NCBI RefSeq assembly: GCF_001194135.2
Contig: NC_068984.1
Span: forward strand, 42,176,701 to 42,240,700
Direction of reading: 5' to 3'
DNA length: 64,000 nucleotides
Source of the DNA: Octopus bimaculoides
Taxonomy: Eukaryota
The notes under the pieces were generated by a model that was given only the letters and a program-made list of their open reading frames with translations, searched no databases and had not been told where the DNA came from. Positions 1 to 11,000 of the stretch are shown piece by piece (positions within the stretch are counted from its first letter, which is position 1; every line of letters begins with the position of its first letter). Made by a program: the position numbers and the translations under genes.

Positions 1-926
1 CCTTTGATATTGGCGAAATAAGTAACTGTGGTATACTAGAGTGAGTTTATTGACTATAGTTCTTTCTCTGAAACCTTGTACTTAGTTAAAAGAACTCATT
101 ATGCTCACTATAAATTTACTGTTTCTCTTTTTGTCTACCACCTTTTCCTTCTCTCCCACTTAATTCCACTAGCTCCTCTTTCTCAGTCTTTGTCCTTTGC
201 CTCTCTGTATGTCTCTTATTCTCTTTCTTTCTTAATTTCTCTCTCTCTCTCTCTCTTAACTCTGTTGGTTTTCTATGTGGTCAAGCAGTTTCTTTGAAAT
301 AGCTTCTCAAAACAAATCTAGTTGTCTTAAAAATAGGGTGATAACCACCCCTCCTCCCAAGTATCACCTCCTTCTACCTATTCACCATCCTATGTACTAG
401 ATACATAGGACAATGCAGTCTCAAATATGAGCATATTATGTGTAATGGTCAGATCTGCTTAATCAGACATTTTCCTCCTTGTCCCTACCTCTGTCTATCT
501 GTCTGCCTCTCTCTCTCTCTCTCTCTACCCCTTGGTCTATTTTCCTGTGATTTTCTTTTTGTTATTTTCATTCTGATACCTTCCGTTCTTTTTAGCCTCC
601 TTCTCTCTTAGCATCTCTCCTTCCTCATACCCCCCCCCCTACTAATCATGTCTCATCAAATCTCCCATCATGTTCAACTGGTATGGTTTATATACCTAAC
701 CGAATTCAAATAAATGATAAAACAAATGCACAGCAAAATCAAAATCAAAATCAAAATAGGGTGGTGGGATAAGTTAGGGCACTGTGAAGGTTTAATGTTT
801 CAAGGCTCTCCAGGTGAGAATAGTTTCATTTTCCTTCATTTGAAGGCTATACCCAATTTACAGAAGATAACTTTTCTTCCCTATAACCTATTATTATTTA
901 CTTGTACTAACAGGTTTCTCTCACAG

Positions 927-1011
927 ACTAATAAGGAAACCTTTAAACAGTTGCTCAACCTGTTAGAAATAGCAGATAAATTTCTTTTAAATCAAACCCT
1001 ACTTTTAAAAA
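927..1011 (+). CDS. Candidate internal exon (TNKETFKQLLNLLEIADKFLLNQTLLLK), host gene unknown
   Basis: TACTAAC branch-like motif 905-911, pyrimidine tract and AG at 925-926, open frame, GTCAGT donor-like site at 1012. Peptide loosely resembles a BTB-domain helix (LLxLADKFLL); not verified. Confidence 0.2.
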
Positions 1012-1207
1012 GTCAGTACATATTTGAAAATGTGATTATAGATATAATGCAAAAATGGATTGGCTGTGGCTGGAATGCCTTTGATCATAGATCTGTTCTT
1101 TCAGAGCCAATCTGGGGCTAAACTACAAACAGCAGTTTTGCAAATTGAGCTTGCTCTTTTTGTTGAGCCTGTGTCTCAGCTGCTGACTAACTGTTATTTG
1201 TCTGAGC

Positions 1208-1296
1208 GTGTTCAGTCCCACTGAGTGACAACTTGGGAAACCAAAGCCTTGTGAGTGGATTTGGTAGATGGAAGCTGAAATAAGACCATTATGTAT
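1208..1296 (+). mobile_element. Decayed fragment of tRNA-derived SINE family A
   Basis: ttcagtcccactg...ccaaagccttgtgagtggatttggtagatggaagctgaaa matches the copies at 14243-14600 and 61414-62056. Confidence 0.75.
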
Positions 1297-1410
1297 ATCA
1301 TCATCATGTTCCATACTGGATTTTATATATGTGTATACATATATACATAGTCATCTAAGAATCCCTAAGTTGGAAAGAAAGTGCTCATGTATATTTGTTA
1401 ATAGAGTGGG

Positions 1411-1839
1411 TACATTAATCCAAGTATACAGTATTATAGATTCATTTCAGTTAATCTTACCAATTGGTTTGCACTGGGTATCAGATAACTGATTATTAGA
1501 TTGAATGGTTAAGTAGCATCACATGCTCTTCAGAGAAAGCAGTGCATACTTTTTCAACTGATGGATTCTTAGTTGACTAACACATTCCCTCATATTGCAG
1601 CGTATATTGCAATAGACCACCCACAACTTGTGCCTTATAGATGCTATCCCTGGATGTGCACACCACATAGTCATCAAAGACTCTCCACAGCCACATTTTA
1701 TACATCTTTTTACCACATATCTGTCATCTCTGAGGAGCATGTGGTGTTACTTAACCACACTGTTATTTAATATCCAGTGTGAAACTGATTGGTAAGATTG
1801 GCCGAAATGGATATATAACACTTTACTTGGATTGATGTA
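1411..1839. repeat. Fold-back element with ~120-bp imperfect inverted arms, each carrying a decayed type I hammerhead motif
   Basis: Reverse complement of 1411-1537 aligns by eye with 1727-1839 (tctctgaagagcatgtgatgctacttaacca vs tctctgaggagcatgtggtgttacttaacca; aaaccaattggtaagattaactgaaatg vs aaactgattggtaagattggccgaaatg). Confidence 0.8.
1726..1798 (+). ncRNA. Type I hammerhead ribozyme-like motif (right arm of fold-back)
   Basis: Stem I ATCT/AGAT, core CTGAGGA (1730-1736), stem II base GCAT/GTGT, GAAAC (1781-1785), stem III loop TGATTG, cleavage triplet GTA (1792-1794). Confidence 0.55.
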
Positions 1840-2214
1840 TATGTATGGATGTATGCATATGAATGCATGTATGTCTGTTTACATCTGCTATGTCTTGTGC
1901 GAAAGTGATGTTAGATTCTCCTATCAACAAATTGTCCAGACAGTTTGTGCCTTAGAAATTGTGGAATAAGTTTTCTTTTACTTGAGGTGAGGGCAATATG
2001 CTGTAAAACAAAGCACCAAGAAGGTTATCTGGCTGTAAAACAATGCCTTAACATATTCATCCAACCTATGGAAGTGTGGCAAAATGGATGTAATATGAAC
2101 TGATGAACAAATGTCTAGCCCAACCAACAAGTCTCAATATATTTTCAAATGTCTTTGAATGATTAGAGATCCTCCATGCTTCACTGTTTTATTAAATTGA
2201 CTTGCTTGAAAATG

Positions 2215-2325
2215 GGTGAGGATTGGTGACAGGAAGGACATTTGGCTGTTGAAAATCTACCTCTACAAATTCCAACTAACCCATACAAGCATGGAAAAGT
2301 CTGTGTGTTAAATAATGATGTTGAT
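2215..2325 (+). mobile_element. Decayed RTE-type 3' tail / RTE-tailed SINE fragment
   Basis: ggtgacaggaaggacat...gaaaatctacctc...aattccaactaacccatacaagcatggaaaagt...atgatg; related copies at ~1990-2105 and 5075-5170; resembles the 3' end of the RTE copy near 53560. Confidence 0.55.
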
Positions 2326-2896
2326 TAGGAACACTAAATTACAAGTTGTTATTTAGCCCAAGACATTTCAGTTGTGGCCGTCTTGTCTTTCTTGTAAAAA
2401 AAGTAATTGTATATCTAGAATCACATTATCAAATTGCCTCCTAATTTTGTAATGATAAAGGTGTGTTATGAGAGAGTTTTGGCAGCTATATCTAGCAAGT
2501 CAAGCAACCATGTAGAAGCTTTCATACTGAAGATATATTTAATATTTCGAGAAAATGTTACAGTCATTGAAAGCTCTTGACAAATCAAAATTGCAATTCA
2601 GTTTCCATTATGAATTGAAGATTTTTTTACTGTATCCATAGATTCTTGGGAATGGTATGAAAGTCTTAAAACTTCATGAACATCCTCATTCTGTTAGAAA
2701 ATAGAGCCTTCTATGTAGCAAAGAAAGAAAAAAAAAGAATTCCAGTTATTCCAGAACATAATGAGAAACAATACACATACCACAAAAACATATAACAATA
2801 ACTTGGTGACTATTTTGTAAATTCTGCTGAAATTATGACAAATCTCTTTTTAAATACTATCTTACATATATATACATACATGCATACTGTCTAACA

Positions 2897-3228
2897 CAGG
2901 CCTGGTCAACTCGAATTACATTGCGAGCCACTTTAATCACAGAAAATTTTTTGAGAGCTGCTTGTATACTGACAGAATTGAATGCATTTTGCTTTCTCAT
3001 GCTATTATTACAATAATGAATGAATGATCGTTGATTCAACATGAAATATTATTGTTGCAAAAACAGTAGTATCTTTCTTTTTTACTTTTCATTACAATCC
3101 TTAATTTTTGATAACATTTTTTAAAATGTTTGTTTAAATAAACCCATGTCAAGAAAGTATCAAGTGAGCCGCAAGATAAAAGTTTGCAAGCCGCATATAG
3201 CCTGCGGGCCTCAGGTTGACCAGCCCTG
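2897..3228. mobile_element. hAT (Charlie-like) non-autonomous element / MITE
   Basis: 14-bp TIRs CAGGCCTGGTCAAC (2897-2910) and GTTGACCAGCCCTG (3215-3228), one mismatch; 8-bp flanks GTCTAACA / ATCTAACA consistent with a hAT target-site duplication. Confidence 0.9.
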
Positions 3229-3829
3229 ATCTAACACATACATATATAAATACTTAGATATATGCAAATATTTACACACAAGGACTTTCTCATTTCTTTC
3301 TTTACACTAATTCACTTTCTTACACATACACACACACACACACTAACATATATGCTTCATCTTCTGCCATACATACTCAGAGAAGCACACAAGTATTTGT
3401 TCCACCAACACAACTTCATCACTTCCTTACCTACTCAAAACTAAGCAGACTGTTACAATCCCTAAAATGCTGACACACTCATACACACAACCCCAAATAG
3501 ACAAAGACAATCATGCACACATTCACAAACAGCTCCTTTAATTTTTTCATCACTCAATCTTTCAATGACACATAGACACTCATGCATACATACACACATC
3601 GACACCTACATACACTTTATTTGCACTGATGCAGAAGTGCATTAAGGTGTTTATATGATGGTGATATACTTGTACTTACTGTGAAAGATGATTTTCAGAG
3701 CGTGGACCTCGCTCTCATTTTATGCATGAAATCATAAGTGCCTAATTTAAGATAAATTTATATAACAAATATATTTGTTTTATGTGACTACTAATGTTTC
3801 TTATATTTTTTTTTTTAATATAATAATGG

Positions 3830-3873
<44 letters not shown>

Positions 3874-3958
3874 NNNNNNNNNNNNNNNNNNNNNNNNNNN
3901 NNNNNNNNNNNNNNNNNNNNNNNNNNNNNNNNNNNNNNNNNNNNNNNNNNNNNNNNNN

Positions 3959-4005
<47 letters not shown>

Positions 4006-5074
4006 CTTGCTGGATGACCAGCCATACTTAATGGATATACAGTTTGGATCCTGTTCGTAGGCTTGTTTTTTTCATTTTTCTGTCTTAAATTCATACTTAC
4101 AATGCTTATTATCATTTTACTAGGAAAATCTTAGCAGTTAATTCACATGAAGCTGGAGCTTCACATTGTTGTTTCTCCAAATGAATGAATAAACTCTACT
4201 ACAAACATTAAGTAATGTTTTTTTGTCTCTGCATTTAGTTGGAATCACCAACAGTCATAGCATCTCACTATGATATGAATATTATACAATAAACACAATA
4301 TAATGATAACCATACAAAGTATCAGGCTCTAACATGTACTATTCTCTGTATAGAGAGCATGCAATTGATGAGTTCTGCTATATATATGAATAAGAATAGA
4401 TGACACTTGTTTTCATTTCATCTGTTATATTTTTAAAAGGTTTATATGGAACTCAATGTTGACAAGACAAGAAAAACAAAGTAATGTCAGAGTGTTCAGT
4501 TCATAGTAGTAGAATGTGTATTAAGACAAGAACAGGAATATGCTTGGGAAAGTGGTGAATGTGCTTATACTAGTTTAGGTGGTTCATTTTACTAACACAG
4601 ACTTTAGAGAGTTATAACTGTGGAGACTGCTAAATGCAAAAATTTGCTGGGGGTCATGTTTCTCTGTTAATGTCACTAACCTCCTAGCATTCAGACTATC
4701 TGCCTGGCAAGCTCTATCTTCTCAGATCTAGTCTCTTCTTTATGTACTGCAGCACAAATTATATCAAGCAGATTTATGGTTGCCTTAGTAGTTTACATAC
4801 AATTTCATTGGGCAGCTAGTTTTTGCTGGTATCATCACTCAATCTGCCAAAACTCTAAAGTTCATTGTTCAGATCAATGTGTAGGCCTGCTACACACACA
4901 CACACACACACACACCGTGTGTGTGGTTTTGTTTGTGAATGTATGTCTTTTCTTGACATCATGGGCTGGCTTTAATTGAGCATCACTGTCATAGAAATGA
5001 TGTCCTTTTCTTCCAGTTTTCTGTGAAAACATGTCTGGCCATGAACCATTTACAATGCTTGGAAACAGGTGAAA

Positions 5075-5170
5075 GTTGTTGGCAAGAAGAGTATTTAGTT
5101 TTAGAAAATCTGCCTTAAGGAATTCCATCTGATCCATGCTAGTATGGGTAAAAACGATGATCATGGTGAT
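5075..5170 (+). mobile_element. Decayed RTE-type 3' tail / SINE fragment
   Basis: gaaaatctgccttaaggaattccatctgatccatgctagtatgg...aaacgatgatcatg, same family as 2215-2325. Confidence 0.55.
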
Positions 5171-5299
5171 AAATAAGGTGCAGGCATGACAACTGTGCTA
5201 CTAGGATTACATCCAGTGATAGTAAAAGCAACAATAACAGCATGAGGCCCAGTTGTGACAGTAGCATCAGTAGCTTTAACGACTGTAACATCACCAGTG

Positions 5300-5583
5300 C
5301 TAGAGCACAAACGTGGAAATATGTCAGTTCCACAGGCAGCCTGTTCAAGCAGTGTCTGAGTAACCATAGGTCTTCCTTTAGGATACCAGAGAGACATATC
5401 ATCTCCCTGGCCGGCTATGTATTGCATTTAAATAGGAGAGTACACCATACATAATTGAATGGAGGATCCTAAAACAACCGGGACTATATCTCAACAGGAG
5501 TAAATGATGTAAGCCTTGCTTGGCCAAAACAGCAAGGATCCTGAGAGAATCACTTGATCTGGGGACATTTTTAAACTCCAAAA

Positions 5584-5585
<2 letters not shown>
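5300..5585 (+). mobile_element. Penelope-like element GIY-YIG endonuclease remnant
   Basis: KYVSSTGSLFKQCLSNHRSSFRIPERHIISLAGYVLHL then, after a frameshift, IIEWRILKQPGLYLNRSK*CKPCLAKTARIL...FLNSKN; parallels the copy at 57690-58290 and the PLE C-terminal pattern YxG...FKxRxxNHxSSF...CxLC. Confidence 0.8.
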
Positions 5586-5618
<33 letters not shown>

Positions 5619-5628
5619 NNNNNNNNNN

Positions 5629-5663
<35 letters not shown>

Positions 5664-5810
5664 GTATATATGTGTGTACATGAAGTTAATAAAAGAAAAT
5701 GGAGAAGAAAAACATAATAGATACTTGGTTCATTTTATTTGTATCACAATGAAAAAGTAATGCAAAGTAAAAGTGATACCTATAAGAATATGGATGAAAG
5801 AAGCTGGATC

Positions 5811-6158
5811 AACAAAACAACCAAAAAATATTTGGAAAAATCCTACACATGTTTCAATCCGACAGTATGTTTGAATCAATATTTCAATGATCAATATTAG
5901 CTAAATTTCAACGATCAATATCTAATCACATGATCTCTACGTTCTAATAAGTTGTTTACATTTGAAAATTTCAAAAAAACAGTCCTCAAATTAGTTATTT
6001 TGTAATTCAAGACTGGAAAATATACTTGCTTTTCCCTGAAGATACCCGTCAGTATCTGGTTTCTTACATCTATAATCGTTTGAACGTTAATGATTCAAAC
6101 ATACTGTTGGATTGAAACATGTGTAGCTTATTTTCAGATAATTTTTGGTTGTTTTGTT
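5811..6158. repeat. Fold-back element with ~70-bp inverted arms carrying hammerhead-like 3' halves
   Basis: 5844-5878 vs 6091-6125 are inverted with 1 mismatch in 35 bp; the arms extend outward to aacaaaacaacc/ggttgttttgtt. Confidence 0.8.
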
Positions 6159-6529
6159 TACCCTGTTTCTTTTATACTCATTCTTATAGGTATTACTTTT
6201 ACTCTGCATTAATTTTCTGTTGTGATACAAATAAAATGAACCTAGTATCTATTATATTTTTTCTTCTCCATTCTCTTTTAACTTTATACATTATTAGACT
6301 GTTTATAAATATTTCATTACCATGTCATCACATTCATTCATTTATTCAAGTTTATCACACAGTCATTTATTTCTCTAATTCTGTCTTAGAAAACTCAGAT
6401 TTTTCAATTCTATTTTACTATTATCAACATTTGCTGTCTCGTTAAACTATGCTACACAAATCCCAAAAGAATATTTTTCTCCCTCGTGTTCTGACCACTA
6501 ACCCCCGCTCTCTCTCTCTGCCTTACTCT

Positions 6530-8090
6530 GCTGGCGGTACACCCCCTCCAACTGTACCAGAAGTTCCTATCCTCTCCCATCCTTTGGTTGTCTCCCATGA
6601 ACACTTCTAAAGGCTTCACGCCACCCCCACCCCTACTTAGGGTTTATCTCCTCCTATGTAAGGTAGTGATCATATAGTGCAAAAATATGATGGTGTAGTG
6701 TATGCAGGTTGAATTGAAGGCTACTGCATGTTTATGAATTCTGCCAAATTCGAGCTTTCTTTTCAGGTACATGTCGCTGTTGTCCCCCGTCCCAGGGTCT
6801 CACGGGCCCATACCTCCCACACCCTCAGGGTTGGCACTCTCAACGTCGGCACACTGAAAGGTAGTTCTGGTGAGATTGTTGAGATGCTTGAACGGAGATG
6901 TGTCGATATCTACTGCCTCCAAGAAGTAAGGTCGAGAGAAGGTTCTGCTAGGTTCCTCACAGGTACAAGATTTTCTAGGCAGGGAACACAGACGCGGTCG
7001 GGGCGTGGATATACTTCTTGCGGAGAAATGGATGGATAAGGTAATCGTGGTAGTCAGAGTATGCGATAGAATACTTAAGATTAGATTAGTCCTTCATCAT
7101 GGGATAGCAACCATTATCTCAGCCGGGGCTACCCAATGGACAGAAAGACCGATTTTATGACACCCTCTTGCAGACTACCTCGTTGACGAATGACAGGGAC
7201 CTTCTCTTTGTGACTGGTGACTTCAATAAACATGGTGGACAACATACAGGGGGCATCCATGGCGTACATGGAGGCTATGGTTTTGGTTCCCGCAATGAGG
7301 AGGGAACCAGACTGCTGGAGTTCTGCAATGCAAATAACCTTATGGTTTGCAATACTAACTTCAGGAAACTTGCCAGTCACCTACCGTTCTGGTAGACACA
7401 CTAGACAAATTGACTACATCCTCACCAGAAAAAGGGAAAGATGGCTGCTTATAAATGCCGAAACCTTCCCAGGCGAAGAATGTACCCCACAACGTAGACT
7501 ATTAGTTAGCGACTTCAGGATCAGAGCTAAGTGGTTGCCTAGAAGACGACCAGCATGGAGGAGAAGGGTCTGGAAACTTAGATGCTGCGAATGGACAGAT
7601 ATTTAGAGACGTATTACTCGAAGTCTTTGACGAAATAGGAGATATAGCGTTACACGATGTAGAAGACAACTGGAGGTTTCTACGGGAGAACCTGCCGAGG
7701 GCCACTGACCAGATCTGTGGATGGTGCAAAGTCCCCTCTCGACCCAAAATAACGTGGTGGTGGAACAATGTTGTTGACAGGGCTATTAGAGAAAAGAAAC
7801 AGGCTTGGAAGGACTGGAAGAACGGTGGTAGCAGGGAATTGTATCAGACTGCCAGAAGGGAAGCTAAGAGACAGGTTCATTTAGCCAGAAGGGAAGCAGA
7901 TAAAAAGTTTGGACCAAAGACTTGAGGTATTTCGTGTGAGGACCAAAGACTTGAGGTATTTCGTGTTGCAAGACAGTGAGAGAGAATCGTGATGTCGTAG
8001 GAGAGAAATGTGTCCGCATGGATGATGGTTCATTTGCACTAAAAGAGGCTGCAAAGAGAGAGGTTTGGTGACGCCACTATGAAAGGTTGC
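6530..8090 (+). mobile_element. RTE-clade LINE, 5' part (APE endonuclease and linker), frameshifted, 3'-truncated
   Basis: LRVGTLNVGTLKG..EIVEMLERRCVDIYCLQEVR; LFVTGDFNKH; GYGFGSRNEEGTRLLEFC; QIDYILTR; several frameshifts; 27-bp tandem duplication at 7911-7966. Confidence 0.93.
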
Positions 8091-8172
8091 TCCATATTTA
8101 TATGTATTTCTATTTATGTATATATTAATATTACCTTGGTTGAAAAACTTCGATAATGCAAATATGTTAATA

Positions 8173-8186
8173 GTTACCAGGGTAGC
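8173..8186. promoter_or_regulatory. RFX X-box-like motif
   Basis: GTTACCAGGGTAGC vs consensus GTTRCCATGGYAAC (2 mismatches). Confidence 0.25.
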
Positions 8187-8317
8187 AAAAATCACACAAA
8201 AACTGGGATATTATACCCGGTTAAGAGGTAGAGATTCCATGTTAAAGTTATATGTTTTGAGTTGATATAAAGAATAATAATAAATGGAGCAAAACGCATA
8301 TAATCAATAAGTTCCTT

Positions 8318-8411
8318 TAATTCCTACATATGTTTCAAAAATTATATGCACACTACTCCAAAGAAGTAAGAGATTCTGGAATATACATATAATTTTATCG
8401 TCAGGGAACCA
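8318..8411 (-). ncRNA. Type I hammerhead ribozyme with intact catalytic core
   Basis: Minus strand: TGGTTCC-CTGACGA-T-AAAATTATATG...CATATAATTTT-T-GAAA-C-ATAT-G-TA-GGAATTA. Stem I 7 bp, stem II at least 11 bp, palindromic stem III ACATATGT, GUA cleavage triplet. Confidence 0.85.
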
Positions 8412-9064
8412 TGTAACAAATGCAAGACTTGTGCTGAATGATAAGGATACGTACGAGGAATAACACTATATAGCTAAGTAAAATGACCGTTAGAAACAAG
8501 AACGCTAGTTTACAGGGAGCTGTTTAGGGAGAGAGGCTATGAACGCTATACTAAGAGTTTAAATTAAAAGAAGACATAATGAACCGCAGAAATTTCTTAA
8601 AGTTGATAATAATGGTAATTGGAAGGAGAAAAGGAGAGAATCCAATGAATTTGTGGAAAGAGTAAATTTTTTTAATATACGATTAATTATGTAAATAAAC
8701 GTTTATAAGGAAGGAAAATTAAAGATGGATTGTAAATATAACCGTTAATGTTGTATCATATTACGTTCTAAATAACTGGTACAAAATTATAAAGCAAAAT
8801 TATAAAGCAATGAAATAATAATAAACATACGATAACAAAATCGATAGTATATACTTAAAAAATACTTAAAGCTCTATGAATATAACTTAACGAGGGTTAA
8901 ACTTGCTAGCAGCCAAATCTTCTTCAAATCAAACTCTACCATCATTTAGAAAATGTGTTACTGAATACTAGCGAAAAATTGTTACAAACACAGGTATGCA
9001 CAGCGTAATTTATTATATAAACAATATATGCGTATAAATTACCATTTTTCTGTAATTTTGTCTG

Positions 9065-9508
9065 CTTCAAAAGAAAACAAACCAAAAAACCGGATGAAAT
9101 ATGTCAACAGGGAATAACATTTTTCTCACCGGCAAAAAATTATTGTTTACAAAACAGCAGTAACTGTATTCAGCTGAATAGACGTCAGTGATTGGTTGAA
9201 ATTACAGAAATACGACAACTTTAACACAAAATAACTTGCGATGTACAATTTTTTGTTAAGAAGGCTAAGAGAAAAAAGTTGNNNNNNNNNNCTTCAAAAG
9301 AAAACAAACCAAAAAACCGGATGAAATATGTCAACAGGGAATAACATTTTTCTCACCGGCAAAAAATTATTGTTTACAAAACAGCAGTAACTGTATTCAG
9401 CTGAATAGACGTCAGTGATTGGTTGAAATTACAGAAATACGACAACTTTAACACAAAATAACTTGCGATGTACAATTTTTTGTTAAGAAGGCTAAGAGAA
9501 AAAAGTTG
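9065..9508. repeat. Identical 217-bp direct duplication flanking a 10-N gap (likely assembly overlap)
   Basis: 9065-9281 is repeated at 9292-9508. Confidence 0.85.
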
Positions 9509-9759
9509 TTTTATATGACACATTCTACCAGTGTCCCAAGTTTGAAAGTGTTTTGTTAAGAAAACAAGTGTTGCCTGTCAAACCAAAAAGATCCCAATGC
9601 TCTTCTTCAGAAACAGGAGACAGAGGAAAGTCCAAGAGAAAAGGAAGACGGAGGGAAAAAAATCGCCAACGATTCGCATGTTTTTACATTTTGAAATGAC
9701 CGGAAGAGAATGGGTGAAAAAAAAGTTCTTTCTAAGACAGGAGAGTGTATGAGACGGAA

Positions 9760-11000
9760 GTATATGTGTGTATGTGCATATGCATGCGTGCTAGTCTGTG
9801 TGTGTGTGTGAGTGTATGTGTGTGTATGTGTATGTGTGTGTGTGCATGTATGTGTGTGTTGTATGTGTGGTGTTGGCTGTTTATATGTGTATGTGTGAGT
9901 GAACTTTGTGTCTCATAATGTTGTAGGAAGAGTTCAGCAGCATGGTAACAAGAGTGGTGGTCCTTTGTGTAGTTGTGTGTCTCTTCACATGTGTGTAGAA
10001 GAATTGTCAATAGAAGGGTGTTTGACTGGCAGTTTGATATATGTGTGTGCAAAGATTTATATGTTGTGCGTGTGTCTTGTGTGGTGTGCGTGCGTCTCTG
10101 TGTGTGAGTGTGTATGCGTACGTGTGTGTATGTGTGTGTGCGTGAAGTTGTGTGTGTGGAGTTATATATGCGTTCCTGTGTGTGTGTGCGTATATGAGCG
10201 TGTGTGTATGTGCATGTGTGTATACCCATGTATGTGTGATTGTGTGCGTGTATGTATGAGTGCGTGTTGTGTGTGTGATATATGTGTACGTTCATGTACG
10301 TGTGCGTGTGTTTGTATGTGTGTGTATATGTGTGTGTGTGTGTGTGGTGCGTGTCTATATGTGTGTGTGGAGGTATATGTGTGTTCCTGTGCGTGTGTGT
10401 ATGTGCGTTTAGTTGTGTGCACGTATGTGCGTGTATGTTGTGCACGTGTGTATGTACGTGTGTGTATGTGTGTATGCGTGGGGTTGTGTGTGTTAGGTAT
10501 GTGTGCATTCCTGTGCATGTGTGTGCCTGCAGGTGTGTGTGCGAGTGCGTAGGTGCGTGTACGTGTGTGTATATGTGGGTGCGTGTGTGTCTGTGTGTGT
10601 GTGCATATATATGTGTTTGTACATGTATGCGCGTGTTGTGTGTGTATGCATGCGTGTGCATGAATGTGTGCGTGTGTGTGTATGAGCGTGTGTATATATG
10701 AGTGTGTGCATGGGTTGGGTATGGAGGTATACGTGCGTTCCTGTGTGCGTGCGTGTGTGTATGTGCGCGTGTATGCGTGTGAATGTGTGTGTGTATGCGT
10801 ATGTGTATGTGCGTGTGTATGCGTGTGTGTATGTCTGTGCGTGCATGTATGTGTGTGCATGTATGTGTGTTGTGTGTATATGTGTGGTGTGTGTGTGGGA
10901 GGTACATGTGAGGTATATATGCGTTCATGTCTGTGCGCGTACGTGTATGTCTACGTGTGTGTGTATATGTACGGGTGTGTATGTATGTGCGCGTTTATAC
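9760..11000. repeat. Degenerate (TG/CA)-rich cryptic satellite
   Basis: ~1.2 kb of alternating purine/pyrimidine sequence; source of the His/Thr and Cys/Val pseudo-ORFs. Confidence 0.95.

Noticed and set aside
4874-5427. Minus-strand ORFs with coding-like codon pattern
   Set aside because: Antisense of an RTE-type tail and of the plus-strand GIY-YIG remnant.
6030-6062. CTGAAGA-TAC/GTA hairpin as a hammerhead
   Set aside because: Not followed by GAAA on the same strand.
9065-9508. Apparent recent tandem duplication
   Set aside because: Identical copies either side of a 10-N gap are typical of an unmerged contig overlap; the same caution applies to 21636-22223.
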